A DNA stretch of 64,000 nt. It comes from Carcharhinus amblyrhynchos. Its lineage: Eukaryota. The position numbers were made by a program, and so were the translations under genes. Below, one piece after another: positions 26,456 through 36,383 of this stretch; position 1 is the stretch's first letter, and every line of letters begins with the position of its first letter. Under the pieces are notes generated by a model. It was not told the origin of the DNA. It did no database searches and saw nothing but the letters and a program-made list of their open reading frames with translations. The stretch is taken from positions 13,764,001 to 13,828,000 of the forward strand of contig OZ336890.1 in assembly GCA_965287045.1 (NCBI GenBank). Reading direction: 5' to 3'.

Positions 26456-28569
26456 ACACTCAAAACATTAACTCCATTTCTCTCTCCACAGGGGTTGGCA
26501 GAACTATTGTGTTTTTCCAGGTTTTTGTGTTTTTTTTTAAAAAGGATGAGCCTGTTGAATATGCTCTTATGAAACATTTGGCACCTCAATTTTGTCTGAG
26601 GCCTTGCAATTCAGGCAAGTATATTTTAACCATCACTTAAAATTCATCATAACTGGTGTATAAATCAGAAATTTAAGGATTTACACTTGCATACTCCAAT
26701 CCCACAACCAGACATACAAGCTCCAATCAAGTAACAATTCAGAGTTTATGAAAGCATTAAAATTGGCATTCAATTTGCTACAGCCTGCCATTGCATTCCA
26801 TTGAAAAGCCATGCCATCCTTCGACCTATAGAATGGCACTGAGTACCCAGTTCCATCGTAAAATCTTGAGAGGTACCATTAATACACCATGTTAATGGCC
26901 CAATCAAACTGTGTAAATATAAATTGCAACCATTTTTTTCCTCATCCTTGTAAAATGAAAAAGACTAGTGAAGACAACTGTAGGTCCTTTAAGTCCAAAA
27001 TGGGATGGTTGGGGTGGGGGGGGCACGGGGTGGAAGTGGGGGATTTGTTGAAATGTATTCAGGGGAGTTTTTTGCATCAATATGTAGAAGGCCCAACAAG
27101 AGATGGCACAGTGCTGGGTCTGTTTCTGGGAAATGAAGCTGGAAAAAAAGAAGTGTTTAATATCCTATCCCCTCACCTCATGTATTTGATATACTAAGGG
27201 GCAATTTAGCATGGCCAATCAACCTAACCCACACATCTCTACAAGGAGAAAGATGGCCTGCAAAAGGCAGCTTTGGATTGGGGTGAGGCAGATTTTATTA
27301 AAATAAGGCAGGGTCTGGCCAAAGTTGATTGAAAACAGCTCCTCATGTGAAAATCCACAGCAGAGTAGTGGGAGGAACTGGGGGAGAGTTCAGGTCCAAC
27401 ATGTTCCTTATAGGGGGAGGTCAGAGCAATAAGTTTGCACAGTCCTGAATGTCTCGGACAATTCAGGACTGAATCCCAAAGTATCCTCTAAATGCATTAA
27501 GGGGAAGAGGTTAAACAGGGACAGGCATGACCTATTAGAGATCAAGGGGGCAATCTGTGTATGAAGCTGCAGGATGCTGGAAGGGTGTTAAATTAATACT
27601 TCTCTTCAGTCTTCATTGAGGAAAAGGAGAACACAGGTACAGAATTCAGGAAAAAGGACTGTGGGGAATTTGCACAGTTTGACATAGGAAATGGGGAGGT
27701 ATCTGATGGGCTTAAAAGTGGAAAAATCCCCAGGTCCAGGTGCACTGCATCCCAGACCGCTGTGGGAAACAAGGTAGAAAATTGCTGGGACTCTTACAAT
27801 TTTTTTTATTCTTCATTGGCAACGGAGGAAGTACCAGAGGACTAGAGGATGGCTTTTTCACTTTTCAAGAAGTGATAGAGATGGATCAGGAAATTACAGA
27901 TCAATGAGTGTCTCACGTTAGAGGTAAGGAAACTATCGGAGAAAATTCTGAAGGAGAGAATTAGTCTTCACTTGGAAAGACATGGGTTAATTATGCATAG
28001 ACAGCATGGCTTCATCAAGACAGAGGTCACTCCTAACAAATTTGATAGAATTTTTCAAAAATATGATTGAGTCTGTGGATGAGGGAAACACAGTTGATGT
28101 AGTTTACATAGATTCCAACAAAGATTTTAACAAGATTCCACATGAGACTGATTGGAAAGGTTGAAGCACATGGAATTTAGGGAAACTTGGAGAGATGGAA
28201 GCAAAACTGACTTAGTTATAGGACAAAGGGTAGTGGGAGAAGCCTGTTTGAGTGACTGGAGTTGGTATCCAATGGCATACCACAAGGTTCAGTGCTGCGA
28301 CTCTTACTATTTATGTATTGATAATAATGTGGGGGAAATGATAAGCAAATTCTCAGATGACACCAAGATTGGTAAAGTAGTTAATAGTGAAGGAGATGGT
28401 TGTAGATTACAGGAAGATATAGATGGTTGGTCAGCTGGGCAAAGCAGTGGTAGATGGCATTTAATCTTGGTAAGTGCACTTTGGAAGAAGTAACAAGACA
28501 AGAGAGTATTTAATGAATGGCAAGACACTCAGACATTCAGAGGGACAGACAGATCTTGGCTCAGAATTG

Positions 28570-28873
28570 AATAGAATCCCTAGAGTGTAGAGGAAGGCCA
28601 CTTGGTCCATCGAGCCTGCACCAACAATCCTACCTAGACCCATCCCTGCAACCCCAAATATATACCCACTAATTATCCTGACACTAAGGATCAACTTAGC
28701 ATGGTCAACCAACCTAACCTGTACAGCTTTGGACTGTGGGAGGAAACCAGAGCAGCCAGAGAAAACCCATGTGGACATGGGGAGAATGTGCAAACTCCAT
28801 ACACACAGTCACCCAACACCACAATTGGACCTGGATCCTTGGCACTGAGGCAGCAGTACTAACCACTATGCCA
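28570..28873 (-). mobile_element. V-SINE (HE1-like)
   Basis: Reverse complement of head, central domain and CR1-like tail. Confidence 0.8.
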
Positions 28874-29006
28874 TACTTATTCATAGATCCCCGAAAGCAG
28901 CAGAGCTTGTGAATAGGATGGTTAAGACAACATATGGAACACTTGCTTTTGTTAGTCGTGGCATAGAGTATAGGCAAGGAGGTAATGTTGGAATGGTACA
29001 GAACTT

Positions 29007-29348
29007 GGGTGGCACAGTAGCACAGTGGTTAGCACTGCTGCTTCACAGCTCCAGGGACCTGGGTTCGATTCCTGGCTTGGGTCACTGTCTGTGTGGAGTT
29101 TGCACATTCTCCTTGTGTCTGTGTGGGTTTCCTCCGGGTGCTCTGGTTTTCTCCCACAGTCCAAAGATGTGTGGGTTAGATTGATTGGCCATGCTTAAAT
29201 TGCCACTTAGTGTCCCAAGATGTGTAGGTTAGAGGGATTAGTAGATAAAATATGCAGGGATATGGGAGTAGGGCCTGGGTGGGATTGTGATCGGTGCAGA
29301 CTCGTTGGGCTGAATAGCCTCTTTCTGTACTGTAAGGTTTCTATGATT
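29007..29348 (+). mobile_element. V-SINE (HE1-like), full length
   Basis: A box tagcacagtgg (~29018), B box gggttcgattcc (~29061), central domain, CR1-like tail; aactt on both flanks. Confidence 0.9.
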
Positions 29349-29887
29349 TTAACTTCAGTTAGGCCACAGCTGGAGTACTGAGTGTAGTTCTGGCCACCTC
29401 ACTTGAGGAAGGATTGCACTGGAGGACAGAGAGGAGATTCATCAGGCTGTTCCTGGGTTGGAGCTATAAAAGGAAAGATTGGAAAGGCTTGGATTACTTT
29501 CTTTAGAGCAGAGAAGGGACATTATTGAGGTGTATAAGATTATGAAAGGAATGGACAGGGTAATACGAAGCAGCTGTTGAGGGTCAATCACAAGAGGGCA
29601 TAATTCTAGGTTAAGGGGCAGGAGATTCAGAGGGGATTTGAGAAAAATAATTTCATTCGAGGGTGGTGGTAATCTGAAATGCACTACCTGAGAAGGTAAT
29701 GGAGACTGTAAACCTTGTAACCTTTAAAAAGTATTTAGATGAGCACTCGAAACATCATAGCTTAAGGATATGGAAAAGTGCTGGAAGATGGTATGAGCAG
29801 GACCTTAGTGGTAGTTACTGTTGGTACAGACTTGATGGGCCAAAGGGCCTTTTTTGAGCTATACAACTCTTATGACTCTATGACTCT

Positions 29888-31450
29888 GAGAACAAGGAAA
29901 TGGCAGAGCAATTAAACAACTACTTTAGTTTTGTCTTCATGGAAGACAAATAATTTCCCAGAAATGCTAGGGAATCAAGGAAAAAGTGAGAAGGAGGAAT
30001 TGAAAGAAATTGGTATTATTAAAAATAGTGCTGGGGTAATTAATGGAACTGAAAGTTGATAAATCCCCAGGGCTGATAATCTACATCCCAAGGTGTTAAA
30101 GGAGGTGGCCATGGAAATAGTGGATGTGTTGGTTGTCATCTTTCCAAATTCTGGAACAGTCCCAGATTGTACAGTAGCAAACGTAACCTCGCTTTTAAAA
30201 AAGGAGGGAGAAAAGAGGGCATTAAAGGCTGGTTAGCTTCCCTATCGGTAGTGGGGAAAATGCTAGCGTTTTATAAAGAAGCAATAAAGGGACACTTTGA
30301 AAATATCAACAGGATTAGACAAAGTCAACATGGATTTATGAAAGGAAAGTGATATTTGACAAACCTACTGGAGTTTGAGGGCGTAACTGGCAGAATTGAT
30401 AAGGGAGAACCAGTGGATGTGGTGTAGTTGGATTTTCAGAAAGCTTCTGATGAAGTTCCAGATAATAGGTCAGTGTGCAAAATTAAAGGTCATACATTGG
30501 TATGTATTAAGACTAAATAGCATACAGGAGACAGGAAAGAGACTAGGAATAAAATGGGTCAGGTAGTGACTAGTTGTGTCTCACAGAGATCAATGCTTGG
30601 GCCTGAGCTACTCATCAGTATACATCAAGGATGAAAGAATCAATGTAATATTGCCAAATTTGCTGATGACACAAAACTGGGTAGGGATAAGAATCACGAG
30701 GAAAATGTTAAGTGGATTCAAGGTAATTTACACAAGTGGGCAAATACATGGCAGATGCAGTATAAATGGATAAGTGTGAGGTTATTCATTTCAGTATGAA
30801 AGAGTGGCAGGATATTATTTCATTTTGACATACAAAGGAACCTGATTGTCATGGTATGCAAGTCACTGAAAGTAAGCATACAGGTATAGCATAAGGAAGA
30901 CAAATGGTATGCTGGTTTTCATTGCAAGAGGACTTGAGTACAGGAGCAAGAATGTCTTACTGCAGCTGTACAGGACTATAGTAAGGCCACATCTGGAGTA
31001 TCATATGTCATTTTCATCTCCTTATCTAAGAAAGAATAAATTTACCATCGACTGAGTGCAACAAAGGTTGATTCCTAGGATGGCTGGATTGTCAACCCAA
31101 TTTCTACTTGTGTGATTAGGCCTGAATTCACAAAAGTTTAGTTGGGGGGGTAGGGGTTCTAGAACAAGGAGTCACAGTCTAGGGAATAGGATAGACATTT
31201 AGGACTGAGATAAGGATAAATCTCTGAAGACAGTGGTGAAACTGTGGAATTCTTGACCACAGAAGACTGCAGAAGCTAAGTCACTGAATATGTTTGAGAA
31301 GGAAATAGATAAATTTCTAGGCATCAAGGGACATGGGGAGAACCTGGGAGTATGTTGTTGAGATAGCGGATCAACCACAATCATTAAATAGCAGAGCAGG
31401 CTTGAAGGGTCAAATGACCTAGTTCTGCTATTTTCTAGGTTTCTAATATA
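29888..31450 (+). mobile_element. Decayed CR1 LINE ORF2
   Basis: DKSPG.D.LHPKVLKE, QHGFMKGK, KFADDTKL, LYRT.VRPHLEY remnants and tail. Confidence 0.8.
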
Positions 31451-33279
31451 TAATGCCCACATTGCAGATCTGGGAAGACTGCACTGTAACTAGCCACATG
31501 ACTCCTCTGTGGGGAGAAAGGCATGTAAAAGGCCCCATGGAAGACAGACAAGAAGAACATCTTCCTTCCCCCATGTACCCAATGAATGCTGGTTTTAGCC
31601 GAGCCCACAGCAGATCGGGGTGGGGTGGGTTCAGTTTGTTCTCAAAAGTGTTCCAGATGGCGAACTAAAACTTCACCACAAATTGAGGAGCATTTTTCCT
31701 TCAGTTACATCTACAAACATGACACATAATTAATAGGTCATGCAAGCAGAGTTAAAAAGGACATTTTATAATATGGCATATATTTATAGGCTAGAGTCAA
31801 ACACCAGTGCTTCAGCAAAGTATCAAAAAAAATAAAAGGTATGAAACACCGATAAGTCTACTTCCTAAGCAGTAACAGATCGAATTGTTGCAATATCAAA
31901 AATGCCCTCTTTCTGGAAGCAGGCACTCTTACAAAATGGATCTTTTTGTTGTTCTTGCTTCATGAGTTCAAGTTGTGCAGTAAAGGTCAAGAACCATAAA
32001 AGGTGAGAAACTTTTGGGAGACCTTGCCATTCCAATTTTCTTCCCTATTTTCTGGAGCATGGTTTCACTCTGATATGATCCCACAGGTCCTCCAGCATAT
32101 TAGATTCACTTCAGTACATTGAGTAAGTAGACAATAAATACCAATCATCAAATTTGCATTGGTATGTTCAATAAGTCCAATCTCAAGTGCATATCCCAGT
32201 TTCACTTTTATAAACTATTAACTAATGACACCTTGGCCCTCTCAGGTACTAAATTCATAACGCAGATCATGTGCAGGATGTTGCAAATCCTGTTTAGATA
32301 TGTTGAACTGCCAAGCATTCTCTTCTCGCCACTTAAAGATGCACTGAACTTGGATAAGATTTATTGTCACTTTACCTCTGTGACGTTGCTCTCAGCACCT
32401 CAACGAAACTAATCAACAATAAAAAGATTGGAAATATAAATAGTTTCACTGTGACAGCAAAACTAACCCGATTGGGGGCGGGGGGAGTGGAAATAAAATA
32501 GACTGCAAAATATGATTACAGCAGTAAAATACACCATTCTGTCTCGCAAAGAAATGTCCCACCTGAAAGTTACACAAACAAAATGGAAGGGAACCATACG
32601 TAAAATTTAAATTGTGAAAATTCATAATTTTAGCGTCATCTGTAAACATAGCTAAATTATTGATGCTATTTCATTCAAATTCTTGGATAATTAATTCCTT
32701 TGCGCAAAATGCTAACTCTAATCCATTAATCCATCAATGGACGGGAGTGTATGACTGTTTGGCAGTTGGAACATGGCTTTCTGAATAACTTGGTAACTGG
32801 ATCGAAGTTCACGCTCATGGTGAGGTGTCACTGAGTGCCTCACAGCACGCACACTTCAAACCATTGATCAGTACCACTTCAAAAGAAAGCAAAAAGTTTG
32901 CACTTGGTTCTAAGTGAATTCCACGCAACTGTGCAATGGTGCTGGGGCACGGATGACAGCAAAAGAAAATCAGATATGGGGGCGGGAGAGAACAAAAACA
33001 CAGTTCTTGATCCCTTTACCAACACCAAAAAATGATGCTCTATTGATACAGCAGTGAACAGTAACACCGGTCAAAAAAAAGTCCTGAATTAAAAAAACGT
33101 AAGTTTTCAAAGTCTCTCATGCTATCACGAGCTAATTTAAAGCGAGTTGCATCTGTGCCTATTGAAGCGTGGTGTAGGAAAAGACAGAAGACAGACACAC
33201 TGTATACATAGCCACAGCTCCGAAGAGTGTAGCGACTGTGAAGGGAAGGAGTCGGGATTTCCCTTTTCTTGTTACAAGT

Positions 33280-33730
33280 GAAGTCTTGGCGCAGGGAAGG
33301 GGAAAAAGAAACATGATTGCAACATTGTAGCAGCGCCCAGTGGTTTCCCCGGCCCTCCTGAGCACGAGTAGAGGGTGCATCCAGATGGCAGGCTCTGTAC
33401 AGCCTCGCCCCTCCCTATCCCAGCTGCTGCGCTGATCAGGCACTGACCGTACTTGTCCTCGTCCATGGCTCAGGCTCAGGGTCCTCGCGCTCCTCCTGCA
33501 GCAGCTGCCACCCTCCAGCTGACTGCAGCCTCGCACTCCGCCCACCTCTCCGCTCGAGCGGACCGGTCTTTGACGTCAGCACCCCGGGAAAGGGCGTGGC
33601 CAGCGGCGGCGCCCACGTGATGTGACAGCTTGAGCAGCCGCTGCTGCATTTGACACACTTGCGGGGTGAGCCCAGCTGCTATGTCCCCACTGGCACCACT
33701 CGCCTGACAACATGACCTTCCCGTCTCCAC
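33280..33730 (-). promoter_or_regulatory. CpG-island promoter and first exon
   Basis: Most conspicuous GC/CpG-rich non-repeat stretch in the window; CRE TGACGTCA 33571-33578, GC box GGGCGTGGC 33592-33600, E-box CACGTG 33614-33619, GGGCGG on minus at ~33538-33543. Confidence 0.8.
33448..33466 (-). CDS. Candidate first coding (or uORF) exon segment, MDEDKY-G
   Basis: Strong Kozak gagccATGG; donor ACG|gtcagt at 33447; lies in the CpG-rich island just downstream of promoter motifs. Confidence 0.55.
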
Positions 33731-33754
33731 TGCTCACCCTGCAGTTAGCACTAA

Positions 33755-33901
33755 TGATGTGGATATGCCGGCGTTGGACTGGGGTAAACGTAGTAAACGA
33801 TTTATCTGATAGTAAACTCACAAGCTTTCGAGGTGACTTCTGAGTTTACTATCAAATAAATCGGTTGGACTTAAACCTGGTGTTGTCAGACTTTTTACTG
33901 T
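33755..33901. mobile_element. Short Penelope-derived inverted-repeat insertion
   Basis: 27-bp arms 33798-33824 and 33837-33863; shares ttggact(t)aa.cctggtgttg with the Penelope end at 38641-38690; flanked by gttagca(c/t)taa direct repeats. Confidence 0.7.
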
Positions 33902-34261
33902 GTTAGCATTAAAACATTTAGCAGCCAAACAGCGTGTCAATCAAAAACCTCCAATCGCGGGCAAGTTGTGAAACTACCTGTACAGGTCACTCAAGGAGAG
34001 ATGTGTCAGCAGGATATACATATCTTTTAAGAAGAAAACAGGAAGAGGAACATGTGTAAAATTGAGTGGTAGGCTGTCGGTAATTTCACCTCTGGGGATC
34101 CCCTCAACAAACTGAAGAAAGGAGTTTGTTTTATTTCTATAATGTGGCAGGTTTATTTAATATCCATCCAGTTATCTCATTTTAAGACGGTTACTTTTGT
34201 GCTGAAGGCCACACGCACTAGAAACTACAGTAAAGTTGCGTAAAATACTTGTTTTTAAAGG

Positions 34262-34610
34262 GGAGGTGTTGTGGTAGTGTTGATGGACTGGTAATCCAGA
34301 GATCCAGGATAATGTTCTGGGGACCTGAGTTTGAATCCTGGCATGGCAGATGGTGAAATTTAAATTCAGTAAAAAAAATCTGGAATTAAAAATCTTACAA
34401 TGACCATGAAAACCATTGTCAATTGTCCTAAAGCCCCATCTAGTTCACTGATGTCCTAGAGGGAAGGAAATCTTCCATTCTTCCCTGATCTGGCCTACAT
34501 ATGACTCCAGATCACTCTGGCTGACTCTTCACTGCAGCCCTTTGAAATGCCCAAGCAAGCCACTCAAATTCAAGGGGCAATTAGGGATGCCTACATTCCA
34601 GATAAGTTTT
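34262..34610 (+). mobile_element. tRNA-derived SINE, second family
   Basis: gtggtagtg…gagtttgaatcc B-box-like head; homologous copies at ~50555-50890(+) and split at ~40560-41090(-). Confidence 0.65.
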
Positions 34611-34829
34611 ATTGCCATCCCCAAATGCTTGAGGTGGTGCTGCTGAAGAGCTTTGTTGAACCATTGCATTTCATGTGGTGTAAGTACTAAACTTAAGATA
34701 GATAGGTTTTAAGTAGCAGCGAGATGAAGGGCTACGGGGAGCAGGTAGGAAGGTGGAGATGAGGCCAAGATAGGAGCAGCCATGGTTGTAATAAGTGGCA
34801 AAGGCGGCCTGAGGTGTGGAATTCCAGAT

Positions 34830-35585
34830 TTTGACTCAGCCAAGTGTCAAAGAAGGAACAGTAATATATTTCCAATTCAGGGTCATGTGACCTGGAGATC
34901 TTCCAGGAGATGATATTGTATTGCACCTGTTACTCTTGTCCTTCCAGATAGCAGATGTCATGGGTTTGGTGAGTTCCTGCAGTGCATCTTGCAGATATTG
35001 TACATGGCTACCACTGTGCATCAGTGGTGGAGAGAGTAAACATTTGTGGATATAGTGCTAATCAAATGGGCTGCTTTGTCAAGGTACTTGATTGTTGGAG
35101 CTGCACTCATCCATGCAAGTGGGGGAAGTGTATAATTACACTACTGACTTGTGCCTTGTAGGTAGCAGACAGGCTTTGGGGAGTTACTTGCCCCAGAATT
35201 ACTAGCCTATGAATTGTTCTTTAAGGCAAAGTATTTATGTGGTTGGTGCAGTTTAGTTTCTAGTCACTGATAACACCCAGGAATTTGATAGTGGGGCATT
35301 CACAACAGCAATGCTACTTAATGTAAAATGGTGATGTTTAGATTTGGTGGATAAGGTACCTGGCACTTGTGTGACCAGGATGTTACTTGCCCATAGTCAA
35401 TTCAGGGACTAAATATTATCTATGTCTTGATGCATTTGGACACAGACTGTTTCAGTATTTGAGGAGTTGGGAATGGTGCTAAATGTTGTACATGCAGTAA
35501 TAAACATTCCCTTTTCTAATCTTTTGATGGCAGGAACGTTATGGATGAAGCAGCTTAAGGTGTTCATCCTAGGACTACTTATCCG
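34830..35585 (-). mobile_element. Old CR1/L2-group LINE RT remnant
   Basis: Degenerate RT frame in ORF 35409-35591; homologous to 54230-55030 (…DLPSVVMAEVGMFAD). Confidence 0.55.
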
Positions 35586-35899
35586 AACCAAATTTGAAAT
35601 ACAAAATTTATGATTCAGGCAGCCTTCACAAAATATTGCAGTTTCTAACCTGAACCATAATGGAGGTCAAGAATGTTTTTCTCTCGTTAGTTCCCACAGT
35701 ACCTGATGCAGTACCAGTCTAGCAGTTACATCCTTTAGACTTGACAAACCTAGGCAGTAGTGGTAATCCTAAGACACTTTTGGGCATGGAGATTGAGGGG
35801 CCCATATATTAACATCACTTGGAAGAAACAATGAGGATGGCCAAACATGAAGGAGTACTGATCCACGAGCAGGGTACGTAGTAGTCAGCAGGAAGCTTT

Positions 35900-36383
35900 C
35901 TTGCCCAGCAGAAATTCTCGATTGCCTAAAACTCCCTACTCCTAAACAACATTCAGATCTCTGGCAACAATAATCAATACCACACAAACGTGCCACAGCA
36001 ACCTCTGCAAGATGTGCTGGATAATCGTTCTCCAAGACAGCCTTCACAACACGTGACAATGCAGAGTCACTGAGCAGAGACTGATAGCTAAATTCCGCAC
36101 ACGAGGCCTCAACCAGGATCTTGGGTTCATGTCACACAGTAACCACCACGACTTGCCTGGGCTTGGAAAATTTCACGCTGTCCTGTCTGGAAACAGTACA
36201 CATCTCTTCAATCTGTGCTTAACTCTCTCCACTCCCACTGTCTGTACCTTTAAGACTTGATTACCTATAAAGACTCACATTCCAACCATTATTTTGTAAA
36301 TTGAGTTTGTGTCTTTATATGCCCTGTTTGTGAACTTGATGAAGGAGCAGCACTTTGAAAACTAGTGTCTTTTGCTTCCAAAT
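35900..36383 (+). mobile_element. Penelope-like element 3' part; continues at 38640-38690 after a CR1 insertion
   Basis: …EQRLIAKFRT.GLNQDLGFMSH-like C-terminus; decayed hammerhead-like tgatgaaggagcagcactttgaaa; ccaaat|aataaacctgttggactttaacctggtgttg split by CR1. Confidence 0.7.

Larger units (their letters stand above)
27040..29885 (+). mobile_element. Decayed long CR1 LINE with nested SINEs
   Basis: FLHQYVEGPTR, KSPGP, QHGF, ISKFSDDTKIG and AFVSRGIEYR remnants in the expected order; tail ttatgactctatgactct. Confidence 0.8.

Noticed and set aside
29007-29080. tRNA gene
   Set aside because: A/B boxes are the tRNA-derived head of a SINE, followed directly by SINE core and tail
33159-33821. 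Overlapping ORFs of 64-128 aa in the GC-rich island
   Set aside because: Expected from high GC content; only the first 19 nt from ATG 33466 have splice and Kozak support
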